A stretch of DNA of 64,000 bases from Octopus sinensis. Lineage: Eukaryota. Made by a program: the position numbers and the translations under genes. Of this stretch, positions 26,188 through 39,354 are shown in pieces (the first letter of the stretch is position 1; every line of letters starts with the position of its first letter). The stretch lies in contig NC_043005.1 of assembly GCF_006345805.1 (NCBI RefSeq), forward strand, positions 85,126,001-85,190,000. Reading direction: 5' to 3'. Below the pieces are notes generated by a model. The model ran no database searches and had not been told where the DNA came from. It saw only the letters and a list, made by a program, of their open reading frames with translations.

Positions 26188-26630
26188 GCACATGTGTGGC
26201 TGTGTGGTAAAGAAGCTTGCTTCACAACCACACGGTTTTGGGTTCAATTCAGCTATGCAGCAGTTGGGGCAAGTGCCTTCTACTGTAGCCCTGGAGCTGA
26301 CAAATGTCTTGTGAGCAGATTTGGGAGATGGAAACTGAAAGAAGCCCAGTGTCTATGTGTGTATGCATGTATGTGTATGTGTGTGTGTACACCTTTGGAT
26401 CAGTACTTGCCATGTCTTCCTACAACAGCTTGACATCAAGTGCTGTTTTGTTTACAACCATGTAACATAGCAGTTCAACAAAAGAGACCCATAAAATAAG
26501 TACCAGACACAAAAGAAAGATATAAAAAATCAACAAAAATGAAGTACTGGGGTCAATTTGTTTGACTAAAAATCCTTCTATGTGGTGCCCCAGCATGGCC
26601 ACAGTTCACCAACTAAAACAAGTATAACAA
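26188..26630 (+). mobile_element. SINE family A, diverged
   Basis: GTGGCTGTGTGGTAAAGAAGCTTGC head and CAGCATGGCCACAGT tail. Confidence 0.8.
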
Positions 26631-27422
26631 CATATAGAAGATTAATAGCTCCCATAAATTGGGCTAAAGGGATTAGCTGACCATCACTAAATGCCACTGA
26701 CCAATTCTTCTACTGCGAAACGGCAAAATGGTGGAAGAAATTAAAAAATTTTATTGGACAACATCAATGAAAAATTAATGTATAAAAAACATGGTTTGAT
26801 CTTCAGCATTAGGAAATGATACCAATAATGGTAATGGGGAGAATGATATTTGTTATTTTAATGGTGATAATTGTAATAATGAGAATATTATATTAGTAAC
26901 GATAATAGTAATTATGGTCAATGTAATAACTTTATTATAAATCATATTACTAGTAGTACTCTATATATGCCCGTGCATGCACACACACACACACACACAC
27001 ACATGAACACCATGAACACCACCCTGTACATAACTCCATGTCCTCCTACATGGCCTTGCTTTTTGCTTTTTGAGCCAAAAAATTAACTAACTAACCTACT
27101 AACACATATATACAACAGGCTTCTTTCAGTTTCGTTCTACCATATCTACTCACAAGGCTTTAGTCAGCCCAAGGCTATAGTACAAGACACTTACTGAAGA
27201 TGCTATATGATATATGTATAACATATACGCGCATATATATATATATGTGTGTGTGTGTATATATATATATGTGTGCATATACAAACCAGTGTATGTTTAT
27301 ATACATGAATTTTTTCTCTTTCTCTCTCTCACTCCGTGTACTTATACATATTTGTATATGCACACACACACACACACACACATATACATCTGTATATATG
27401 TACATATATGCACATATGTGTG

Positions 27423-27471
<49 letters not shown>

Positions 27472-27504
27472 CCTATGGAGTGCTCCTATATATATAGGAG
27501 CACT

Positions 27505-27800
27505 CCATGGGTTCCAACGATAAGGGTCCCAGCTGATACGATCAATGGAAGGGCCTGCTCATAAAATAAACATGTGAATGGCTGAGTGCTCCACAGACAC
27601 GTATACCATTAACATAGTTCTCAGTGAGATTCAGTGTGACATTGAGTGTAACAAGGCAGGCCCTTTGAAATACAGGTATTGTACTTTTTGTCAGGTGAGT
27701 GAACTGGAGTGTCTTGCTCAAGGACATAATGCGTCAGTGGGAATTGAACTCACAACTTTACAATCGTGAGCCAAATGCCCTAACCACTATGCTATGTGTC
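27505..27800 (-). mobile_element. tRNA-derived SINE family E
   Basis: Minus strand has A-box TAGCATAGTGG, B-box GTTCAATTCCC and TCCTTGAGCAAGACAC central motif. Confidence 0.75.
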
Positions 27801-27852
<52 letters not shown>

Positions 27853-28115
27853 GAATGGTTGTATACTGTCAATCTAACGTGAACGTGACAGTAGGGGATT
27901 ACACCACCACTGTTTAGCCCTAGGAAGCATCGACGCCTCCTGATGGCTTTGACACATTTTTCCTGTGTCCTTATATACATTTACGAAGGCCCTTTCGTAA
28001 ATGTATATAAGGACACAGGAAAAATGTCGATGCTTCAATGCTTCCTAGGGCTAAACAGCGGTGGTGTAACCCCCTACTGTCACGTTCACGTTAGATTGAC
28101 AGTATACAACCATTC
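27853..28115. other. 263-bp near-perfect fold-back element, unclassified
   Basis: Arms 27853-27988 and 27993-28115 are reverse complements apart from two indels and a few substitutions; no TSD seen. Confidence 0.85.
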
Positions 28116-28204
28116 GATCACCCCACCACCGTACATATCTCTATGAGAGATTTAGAAATTTAATATTTCTGATATATATATATATATATATGTATCTATA
28201 TATG

Positions 28205-28247
<43 letters not shown>

Positions 28248-28639
28248 CTGTATATAGTTATAGTAATACGTCATAGTAACTTAAAAAGAAAACAGACCAG
28301 CCATTACCGATGTCAAGGGATTATTGAATGCCAAATGCAACACTGCCAATTACAATATTATTCTATGGCAGATGAAGTTCTTCAGCTTCTCTCTAGACAT
28401 CTGAATGTACACACATACACACGTGTGTGTGTGTGTGTGTGTGTATGTGTGTGTGCGTGTGTGTGTGCATGCGTTTGTCTACATGGCTGTGATAATTAAT
28501 ATATCTGAGTGCCTATGCACTTAAGTAGAATGCTCTTACCCACCTGCCTTTATCATATATATATATAGATATCATCATCATCATCATCATTCCCATCATC
28601 ATCATCGATATTACCACCATCATCATCATCATCGACATC

Positions 28640-28840
28640 ATCACCATCGTCATCATTGTTGTTGTTTAACGTCTGTTTTTCCATGCTGGCATGGGTTGGA
28701 TGGTTTGAGAGGAACTGGCCAATGAGAGAGCTGCACCAGGCTCCTGTTGTCTGCTTCAGCATAGATTCAATGGTTGGATGCCCTTCTTAATGCCAATCAC
28801 TTTACAGGGTATATTGGGTGCTGTTTACCAGCAGGGGCTC
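28640..28840 (-). mobile_element. RTE-type 3'-UTR fragment
   Basis: GTTTAACGTC..TTTTCCATGCTGGCATGGGTTGGA...GGATGCCCTTCTTAATGCCAA. Confidence 0.8.
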
Positions 28841-28854
28841 TTCATACACACACA

Positions 28855-28922
<68 letters not shown>

Positions 28923-28931
28923 TATACATAC

Positions 28932-29001
<70 letters not shown>

Positions 29002-29103
29002 CATATATATATACACACACACATATATATGTATATACATACATAATTATATGTGTGTGTATATATGTATATATATATAGATATATATATACACAAGCAT
29101 GCA

Positions 29104-29144
<41 letters not shown>

Positions 29145-29282
29145 CATATATATATGTATACATATATACACACAAGCATGCATACATATATATATACGTA
29201 TATATATATATATATATGTAGGTATATAAAATGTATATACATATATATATGTATGTGTGTGTATAATGTGTATAATGTATAA

Positions 29283-29320
<38 letters not shown>

Positions 29321-29325
29321 ATTTG

Positions 29326-29356
<31 letters not shown>

Positions 29357-29722
29357 GCATGTATGTGTGTGGGTAGGTCTGTTGTATGTGTTCTAGCGAT
29401 TGTGCTTGACTTTCCCATGTAGATGTATTATCTTGGGAGCATCTCAGCACAAAAGTTGTTATAAAGCTGTAATTGCAACAGCAAATTAAAGAAAAAATGT
29501 AAGGAGAGAAAAAGGTAAAAAAAAAACCATTGCAGAATAAATAATTAGTTGTTCAATTAATTAATTAATTACATCATTTTATAATTAATTAATTAATTAA
29601 AGTTGTAAAATTTCTTAATGAATCATACAGGAAGAGTCAATTTACTGCAGAACACTCAAATGATGATGATGATGATGATGATGAGGATAATGATGATGAT
29701 CATGATATCATTAATAATAATA

Positions 29723-29755
<33 letters not shown>

Positions 29756-30344
29756 TGGTGATGATGTTAATAATAATAATGTTAATAATAACAATATCAG
29801 TAACAACTGCCACTACCACAGCATTAAATGCAAACTGCAATTTGTGTGTGTGCATGTGTGTGTGTGTCTGTGTGTGTGTGTGTGTATGAGTGTGTGTGTG
29901 AGTGTATTAAATGATATAATTAAAGCTAAGAAAATAATTGAAGTGAAAGTGTGACAATGGGTGGCTAAATTCAGTGACATCTTTTATAACCATTGATAGC
30001 GGCAGTGCCATCCTTGTTATCCTCCTCCTCCTCCTCCTCCTCCCCCACCACCACCACCACCACAACCACCACTTCCTCCCCCTCCTCCTCCTCTTCTCCT
30101 CCTCCCTGTCTTCATCACCAGAATTCTCTTCTAATAACAGCCATGACAAACGCTTTCCTATTAACTGTTGTCATCATACAAGTCTGCTTAAGTGTCAAAT
30201 CTATAAGTGCCATCTTCTCACTCCCCCAACACTTTATATATATATATATATATATACATACATACATACATATATATACATATATACATACTATATGTAT
30301 ACATTCTATATATGTACATACTTAATTCTTTAAGCTGTATCCTG

Positions 30345-30600
30345 TGCCGGTGGCACATAAAAAATACCCATTTGAGTGTGGCCGTTGCCAGTACCGCCTG
30401 ACTGGCCCTCATGCCAGTGGCACTTAAATGTACCCACTACACTCTCAGAGTGGTTGGTGTTAGGAAGGGCATCCAGCTGTCGAAACTCTGCCAGTTCAGA
30501 TTGGAGTCTGGTGCAGCTGTCTAGTTTGCCAGACCTCAGTCAAACCATTCAACCCATGCCACTCTGGAAAGCGAATGTTAAACAATGATGATGTTCATGA
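30345..30600 (+). mobile_element. RTE LINE 3'-UTR fragment
   Basis: GTGCCGGTGGCAC module, GGAAGGGCATCCAGCTG, (GAT)n tail. Confidence 0.85.
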
Positions 30601-30653
30601 TGTATATATATATATATATGTATACACGCACACGCACACACACACATATGTAT

Positions 30654-30694
<41 letters not shown>

Positions 30695-30776
30695 GGTCCC
30701 GGGTTGATCCGGGGTTAACCACAGTAAGTAAGGTACTCAATACATAGCAGAGTAAAATTAATTTATTATATAGAAG

Positions 30777-30827
30777 GAGCTCTACAGGACTAGTACTGTT
30801 TCATTCAAGAGAAATCTTCAGGAAGCT
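30777..30827 (-). ncRNA. Type I hammerhead ribozyme, left arm of palindrome
   Basis: AGCTTC-CTGAAGA-TTTC tctt GAAT-GAAA-CAG tactagtc CTG-TA-GAGCT; one-base bulge in stem I. Confidence 0.75.
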
Positions 30828-30874
30828 TCCTGAAGATTTCTCTTGAATGAAACAGTACTAGTCCTGTAGAAGCT
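30824..30874 (+). ncRNA. Type I hammerhead ribozyme, right arm of palindrome
   Basis: AGCTTC-CTGAAGA-TTTC tctt GAAT-GAAA-CAG tactagtc CTG-TA-GAAGCT; 6-bp stem I, 4-bp stem III, predicted cut after GUA at 30868; U.U at base of stem II. Confidence 0.8.
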
Positions 30875-30988
30875 CCTTCTATATATAATATATATATATA
30901 TATATATCTGTCTACCTTTGTCTCGCCATTGCTATGATTGACTACAAGCCACTAAAGCCTTTTTTATTCTCTCTGCTTATTTCCTTGT

Positions 30989-31029
30989 GTCCTTTCTGTT
31001 GAAGAGCGTAAGCTCGAAACGTAAAAGAC
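30989..31029 (+). ncRNA. Minimal hammerhead variant with CUGUUGA core in PLE-type repeat
   Basis: GTCCTTT-CTGTTGA-A-GAGC gtaa GCTC-GAAA-CG-TA-AAAGAC. Confidence 0.6.
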
Positions 31030-31439
31030 ATTCTCACCTTCCCAAGCGTTAAACTAATACACCTGTTTGTTGTTTACACGCTTCTCCAGCTATATATATA
31101 TATAATATATATATATATAATATATATGAATGTATGTATATATATATTGATGTATATATAGATGTATATATACATATATATACGTATATATATAGTTAAC
31201 TCTGCAAGGTTTCTATATGTATACACACATACAGATACATATATATTCTTTCTTTTATTTCATTCTTTTACTTGTTTCAGTCACTTGACTGTGGCCATAC
31301 TGGAGCACCGAATTTATGCATGTAGATATATGAGGAGCTTCATTTAATTTCTATACGAAATCCATTCATAAGGGTTTGGGTTGGCTCAGAGCTGTAGTTG
31401 GCCTAGGTGCTGCACAGTTGAACCATGTGGTTACAAATA

Positions 31440-31520
<81 letters not shown>

Positions 31521-32269
31521 CTCTATCTGTTTGTCTGTCTGTCTGTCTATTTATCTATCCACCTACCTATCTGTCCATCCATCCATCCATCCTCCATCCA
31601 TCCATCCATCCATCCATCCATCCACCTACCTATCTATCTATTTACCTGTCTTTCTATCCATCCACTTACCTATCTATCTATCTGTCCGTGCGTCCATCCG
31701 TCCATCCACCTATCTAGCTATGCACAAATTATATTGCTTATTTGTCTAAACTGTTATTCTTTGGCCCCTTTATTTACTCCTCTGATTCCCTCAGATGCAC
31801 CCTTTGATTCCTCTAACCTCTGTTTCCTCCAACTATTCCCCATTCTCTGTAGTTTTTCTCTATCAGCCTCCCCTTCACTCTCTCCCTTTACTTCTTTACC
31901 TTTTTTCTCATGCCCCTCCAACTCCTCCTCTCTTCATTTCTACAGTTTCTCTATCTTCCCTTACCTCACCCTCCTGTTTCCTTTCTCCTCTTTTTCTTCG
32001 TTCTCTTCTCTACGAACATTAAACATAAACAGTTTGCATACGGACATTGTTGCACTTTCAGTGACCCCCCCCCCCGCCATTCCGACACCATTTCTTTTGT
32101 GAAGAAACTCCCAAACATCGAAGAACTTTGATTATGCAGTTGTAGCTCAAAATAGCTTTTGACATCGTTGTTTATTGGCAGACATATTGCGCGAGGGGGG
32201 AGGGGGAAGGCGGGAGGCGATGGGGTGAGGGTCAGTTTGACATTAGAAGGACAATGACATCCAGCCACC

Positions 32270-32524
32270 CCATCATCATCATCATTGTGGCTGTCATCAA
32301 TTCCACCACCAACATCATAATGACAAAGACAATAATGGCCATCTACATCATCATCATCATCTTCATCATTATCATCATCGTCATCATCATCGTCATCATC
32401 ATCATCATCATCTTCATCATCATCGTCATCATCATCATCAACCTCATCATCATCATCATCATCTTCATCATCATCATCGTCATCATCATCGTCATCATCG
32501 TCATCATCATCGTCATCATCATCG

Positions 32525-32562
<38 letters not shown>

Positions 32563-32842
32563 TTCATCATTATCATCATCGTCATCATCATCGTCATCAT
32601 CATCATCATCATCGTCATCATCATCATCATCATCATCATCTTCATCATCATCGTCATCATCATCATCATCATCATCATCATCTTCATCATCATCATCGTC
32701 ATCATCATCGTCATCATCATTGTTATCATCATCGTCATCATCATCTTCATCATTATCATCATCGTCATCATCGTCATCATCATCTTCATCATCATCAACA
32801 TCGTCCTCCTCCTCCTCCTCATCACCTTCTTCATCGTCATTG

Positions 32843-32873
<31 letters not shown>

Positions 32874-33991
32874 TGTCATCATCATTGGATTTGGTGTCTT
32901 GCTCGGCATTGTCATTGCTGCTATCATTGTCATCCTTCTCCTCCTCCTTCTTCTCTACCTCCTCATCATCAACCCCATTATCATCTCATCTTCATTGTTG
33001 TCATCACCATCATCTTGTCGATTGTCAGCATTCTTATAATCATTCTCTTTAGCATCGTCATCATCATCATCATATTCAAGATTGTCATCTTGCTCAACAT
33101 CATAATTGTTGCCATCATCACATCTTTTTCTTTCTCCTCTTGTGTATCATTATCATCATCATTGTCATCATCAGCTTGTCCATTATAAGTATCATTATAA
33201 TCCTCATCATTACCATCATCAACATCAATATCATCATCAACTTCTTCCTCATCATCATCACTACCACCACCACCATCGTCATCATCAGCATCATCATCAT
33301 CTCTTCATCATTATTCATCATCATCCCCATAATCATCATCATTATCATCATCATCACCATCATCATCACCATCCTCATCATCATCATCACTATCATAAAC
33401 GTTGTCGTCGTTGTTGTCATCACCACCACCACCACTATCATCACCACCACCATTACCATCATCATCACCATCATCATCACCATCACCATCATCATCATCA
33501 CCATCACCATCACCATCACCATCATCATCATCACCATCACCATCATCATAATCATCATCATCACCATCACCATCACCATCACCATCACCATCATCATCAC
33601 CATCATGATCACCATCATCATCATCATCACCATCACCATCACCATCACCATCATCATCATCATCACATCATCATCATCAACATCAATATCATCATCAACT
33701 TCTCCTCATCATCATCACTACCACCACCATCATCGTCATCATCAGCATCATCATCATCTCTTCATCATTATTCATCATCATCCCCATAATCATCATCATT
33801 ATCATCATCATCACTCATCATCATCCCATCCTCATCATCATCATCATATCATAAATCATTGTGTCGTCATTGTTGTCATCACACCCACCAACCACTATCA
33901 TCACCACACCATTACCATCATCATCACCATCATCATCACATCACCATCATCATCATCACATCACCTTCATCACCATCACATCATCATCATC

Positions 33992-34023
<32 letters not shown>

Positions 34024-34930
34024 CAATCACATCACCATCACCATCACCATCACCATCAATCATCCCATCATGATCAACCATCATCATCATCATCAACCAT
34101 CACCATCACCATCACCACATCATCATCATCATCATCATCATCAACATCACCAGCATCACTATTCATCATCATCACATCATCATCATCATCATTGTCGTCG
34201 CCATCATCATCATCACCACCACCACCACTACCACCACCCTCCTCTTCCTCCTCATCACCTTGTCTATTACCAGCATCATTATTATCTTCATCATCACCAT
34301 CAACATCAATGCTAATCACATTGTCATATTCGTTGCAATCACCCTTGTTGACATAATGATCATCATCTCCCTCATCTTTATCATAATTGTTGCAATCTCT
34401 TTGGTCGTGATCGTTATCCTCCAGCACCTCACTTGCCGCTCCTTCCTTTCATTATCATTACCGCTACTACCACCACCACCACTACCACCTCTGACATCAT
34501 CTTCATCATCACCTTTGCTATCACCGCCACCACCACCACCTCCACTACCACCACTACCATCTCTGACATTATCTTCATCACCGCCGCCGCCACCACCACC
34601 ACCACCACCACCACTACCACTTCTGACATCATCTTCACCAACAGCATTGCCATCACCACCACTACAACTACCATCACTGCCACCATCACCACCACCTCCA
34701 CTACCACCCCTGATATCATGTTCATCACCATTGCCATTACCACCGCCACCACCACTACCACCTCTGACATCATCTTCATCATCACCATTGCCATCACCAC
34801 CACTACAACCACCATCATCACCACCACCTCCACTACCACCACCTCCACTACCACCACCACCACCACCACTACCACCTCTGATATCATCTTCATCACCATT
34901 ACCACCACCACCACCACCATTCTGTTCTCA
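32270..34930. repeat. 2.7-kb (CAT/CAC)n cryptic satellite with internal duplications
   Basis: Block at about 33205-33440 is repeated at about 33670-33900; a 60-66 bp unit containing CTCTGACATCATCTTCA recurs about 7 times at 34450-34920. Confidence 0.9.
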
Positions 34931-35371
34931 TTCCCATAAACGATCATTTATATCCATCACAAACTCCCTAATTAATTTCCATATGCAGCATGTGATGCAA
35001 ATTGACCGAGTCGTTCCCAGAGTGCTGATTAATGCATTCCATGCTAAAGAATTCCTTTGTAATGCTATCCTAAATATTTCGTCATCTTTCCAAGCCATTT
35101 ATTCCGGTAGTCAGCAACTTATTGCTGGTCAGTAGTATGGACATACAAACAAAGCCACATACAGGAACAAGATAAATTCCCCCGCCCCCACCCCCCACTT
35201 TAACAATTAGTGATGAACAAGACAATGATAAAATCAAAACAAACAGAAATAAAGAAAATTGGAATGAATGTGAGAATGGATGTGGGAATGGATGTGGGAA
35301 TGGATGTGGGAATGGATGTGGTTAGGGCTGAATTGGGTTTTCCTAAATTGAATTAATTGATACAAAGGCAC

Positions 35372-35609
35372 AGGCATGGCTGTGTGGTAAGAAGTTTACT
35401 TCTCAACTAGATGGTTCTGGGTTCAGTCCTACAGTGTGGCACATTGAGCAACAGCTGCGGGGCGACCAAAGTCTTGTGAGTGGATTTGGCTGACGGAAAC
35501 TGAAAATGGACGTTAAATGATGATGAAGACGAGGATTAGGACAACAGACTTCTTTCAGTTTCCGTCAGCCAAATCCACTCACACGACTTTGGTCGCCCCG
35601 CAGCTGTTG
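35372..35609 (+). mobile_element. SINE family A head with a local inverted duplicate
   Basis: Arms 35449-35505 and 35553-35609 share variants not seen in other family A copies here. Confidence 0.85.
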
Positions 35610-35667
35610 TAGAAGATTTGATCTGAGATCGTGTGCTGAAACGAAAACAATTGCAACTGCACGGATT

Positions 35668-35718
35668 TTTGTCAGTGAACAGGTCGCGGTTTTAAAGCGA
35701 CGAAAATATTTCGACAAA
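35668..35718 (+). ncRNA. Minimal type I hammerhead with swapped G3:C8 core pair
   Basis: TTTGTCA-GTGAACA-G-GTCGC ggttttaaa GCGAC-GAAA-ATAT-TT-CGACAAA; palindromic stem III AAUAUU; A.C mismatch at first stem I pair. Confidence 0.65.
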
Positions 35719-35813
35719 TTAAACTTAAATGTTGAAGTGAATCGAACGGCTTTTGTGTGTTTCTTCAATGGCTTACAAACACCTTCCACGCTGCAATGTG
35801 TGTATATATATAT

Positions 35814-35869
<56 letters not shown>

Positions 35870-36789
35870 ATAAATTTAAATAATAAGGGTAGAAATTGTT
35901 CAATTTAAACCAGTGGCCTAGCATATTGAAAAACTCTGAAGATTCAAAAATTTATATTGCATATTTATAAGAGGAATGACCACTAGGTGGACTCCTAGAT
36001 GCCATATGGTCTAACCACTAAGAAAATTTAGTGTTAAGAAATTTCGGCAAACGGCAGAACGTAGAGCAAGCAAGACAAATGAAAAGATACAAAATACATG
36101 ATTAGTCACATACCTAGATTTCTTTGTTACCATTTACATAACGTAAATATCTGCAAATCCTCAGTGTGACCGTCATGGAAAATCTAATTTGCAGAAAATA
36201 TAATCTGCAAAATGTTTATTCTCAAGAATTTATTTCAGTCATTCTAAGATAGAGCGTTTTGATAATCTGTGTTAGATAGGATTTGGGTGTTTTGTCAACC
36301 TGAAGTTTACAGCTTCAAATTCCTGTGGGACATTGGTGCAGACTTGTTCCATCAAAGCAGACGAAAACCGTTTCTTGATGTTTAACATCTTTACAGGCCA
36401 AATGATTTTCTCAGAGGCTTTAAATGGTTCAATTCCATACCTGTTTTCATGCTCTTGTAGCAATAGTGTTTTTGACACCAAAATATTCTTAGACTTTATT
36501 TCTCCCCTGGTTTTCGCATAATAACAACACTGCTAATTTTGTTCAATTTTTCATATATGGAGGCGTTTCGTTTTCCAAATTTCTACTGAAAATTCTATAC
36601 TCTACGTCAAAATAGCATCATTAAAATCTCAAATCTCTAGAGAGATAAATTCGGAAGAATCTTCGTTTCTTCATTTGGTTTCTGTGTTATTTCTTTGATT
36701 TGAAATTTTCTTGGACAAATTTGTTCTCTACACATCAATTGTTGGTTGGGTTCTTGCTTTTCAAGACTTCTCAATATTTTCTTTTATCT

Positions 36790-36993
36790 TTTGTTTCACA
36801 TGCTTCAGTCGTTCGACGGTGGCCACACTGGAGCACCACCTTGCAGAATTTTGGTCAATGAATTGACACCAGTACTTTTATCTTTTCGATCCTGGTACAT
36901 ATTCTATCGGTTTCTTTTGCCAAACAGCTAAGTTATGGGAACAGGAACACGCCAGCACTAGTGGTGGTGGACAAACATAGACACAAAGACATG

Positions 36994-37044
<51 letters not shown>

Positions 37045-37185
37045 GACAGTCTTCTATCAGTTTCCACCTACCAAATCCAATCACAAGGCTTTGGTCAGTC
37101 TGAGTCTATAGGAGAAAAATCTTGCCTAAGCTGCCCCTCCATGGGACTGAAGCTGGAACCATGTGATTGGGAAGCAAGCTTCTTA
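36790..37185 (-). mobile_element. SINE family A, near full length
   Basis: Head, (CA)n linker and tail motifs. Confidence 0.85.
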
Positions 37186-37189
37186 TTTC

Positions 37190-37600
37190 TTTATTCCCCA
37201 CAAGGGGATAAACATAGAGGGGACAAACAAGGACAGACAAAGGGATTAAGTCGATTACATCGACCCCTCAGTGCATAACTGGTACTTAATTTATCAAACC
37301 CAAAAGGGTGAAAGGCAAAGACGACCTTGGCGGAATTTGAACTCAGAACGTAACGGCAGATGAAATACCTATTTCTTTACTACCCACATGGGGCTAAACA
37401 CAGAGGGGACAAACAAGGACAGACACACAGATTAAGTCGATTACATCGACCCCAGTGCGTAACTGGCATTTATTTAATCGACCCTGAAAGGATGAAAAGC
37501 AAAGTCGACCTCGGCGGAATTTGAACTCAAAACGTAGCGGCAGCCGAAATACCGCTAAGCATTTCGCCCGGCGTGCTAACGTTTCTGCCAGCTCACGCTC
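37190..37600 (-). mobile_element. SINE family C dimer
   Basis: Same tail-to-GGTATTT junction (about 37365) as 6312-6700; CpGs largely intact, so probably young. Confidence 0.9.
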
Positions 37601-37984
37601 CTGCACCTAAATATTCTCTTTTACTTTCACTTAATAATAATAATCTATTCCTGATATTTTTCATTTGGTTTCTTTTTCTTTCTTTTTTTTTGTTTTTGCA
37701 TGTCTCCTTTTCTAAGTTGAGTTTATTCTGCTCTTGGCTGAGTATACCTATTTCAAGAGTTCTGGTTTCTGTGTTGTTGGTCGAAGTTGGGGAAGTTCAT
37801 CTTTTTCCCTATAGATGCCTGTTTCTTGAAAGACATTACTAAGAGAATGATACGTAATTTCTGAGAGATAACTTACAGTATTGTTTCAGATTTTAGGGAT
37901 TCAGCTACCAAATTTCAACCAATCCTTACAACAGAAGAAAAAGAAAAATCTTTGATATTTGAAAGTGTGTGTGTGTATGTGTGT

Positions 37985-38265
37985 TTAAATGTGGTTAGAA
38001 ACTTGCACTCACGATCGTGATGTCATGGTTTCAATCCCTAGATCAGGTGGTGCATTGTGTTCTTGAGCAAAACACTTCATCTCACGTTGGTTTGTCATCA
38101 GTTTGACCCCTGATACATGGCAAACCTGTTGCACCTGTTCAGGTTCAGGCACCATCGAGTTGATGGAAAGAGTATGGCATGAGCATTTGATCACTAGAAA
38201 CAGCTTGTCATTCAGCAAGAGCTAAACACTGACATGCCATCTTTGATGGGAGAGTTCATCTTCAT
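37985..38265 (+). mobile_element. tRNA-derived SINE, diverged
   Basis: GTGGTTAG..., GTTTCAATCCC B-box-like, TTCTTGAGCAAAACACTT core. Confidence 0.65.
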
Positions 38266-38285
38266 ATATATATATATATGTATAT

Positions 38286-39354
38286 ATGTATATATAGTGT
38301 AATAAATAAAATATATGCATACATACAAACATATATGTACGTACCGACATCTACATGTATATATACATGCATATATAAATATATATACGTACAGGACACC
38401 ACAAGAAGACGTAAAAATCAACAGAAACGAAAACGGAAAAGCCATTTTGTTACAACAGAAGGACAGAGACGTGGAACAAGACGAAACGAAAACGGGAAAA
38501 ACAATTATGTACAGCAGAAAAACGGAGTACAGGACATGCTGCACAAGCAAAATTCCCCTTCATCAGCTGTCGCTAGCAGACATAGCGTGTTTCGAAGGCA
38601 AGACAGAACACGTCTGTCCATGCTAGGCCTTCCTACGAGAGAATTAAAATAAAATAACCACGTAGAGGGGTAAAATGAGCAAGAAAAAATGTAACACAAA
38701 AAGGGACGTAACAAAGAACTGCACAAAAAAAATACAAAATTAAAGATACATGTACAAGAAAATACAAAACGAGAATTGAATTACAATACGAGAAATCAAA
38801 ATAAACAAGAGAACAAACGAAAAAGACGAACGAAGGCCTTTGTTCTGGCGGGGACGAGAAGGTAACTGGCGAGCGCTGGGAAACAGGCGAAAGAATTAGC
38901 AGTGGCGAAAGGGGGGAGGAGTGGGAGAGAGAGAGAGAGACAGACAGATAGAGGAAGACACGTGGCTAGAGAGAAGGGTGAGGCAGAGAGAGAAAAGGAG
39001 AGAGAAAGAGAGAGGGGAAGACAGGACACGTCTTGAATGCTAAGCCTTCCTACGAGAGAATTAAAATAAAATAACCTCGTAGAGGGGTAAAACGAGCAAG
39101 AAAAAAATGTAACACAAAAATGGCTTTTCCGTTTTCGTTTCTGTTGATTTTTACGTCTTCTTGTGGTGTCCTGTGCGTATATATATCTATATATGCATGT
39201 ATATATACATGTAGGTGTGGGTACGTACATATATGTTTGTATGTATGCATATATTTTATTTATTACACTATTGTCTGACAGCGCTTCGCGTCGGGTTCGT
39301 TTGAATTTTCGATTTTTCGAATTCTCACTTCGTTCCGTCTCTTTCATCCCAGTT

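Noticed and set aside
31967-32080. Minus-strand first-exon candidate MAGGGVTESATMSVCK... ending at GAG|GTAAGG
   Set aside because: Most of the frame is a polypurine tract giving E/K/R by composition; no independent support.
36270-36540. Minus-strand open frame of about 85 codons
   Set aside because: No recognisable motif and the upstream continuation has many stops; probably a decayed TE ORF that I cannot assign.
38540-38605. Possible type II hammerhead on the minus strand (CCTTC-GAAA-CACGC-TA-TGTC..GACA-G-CTGATGA-AGGGG)
   Set aside because: Stem III has a C.C mismatch, stem II needs two G.U pairs and an extra base precedes the core; too weak without a consensus.
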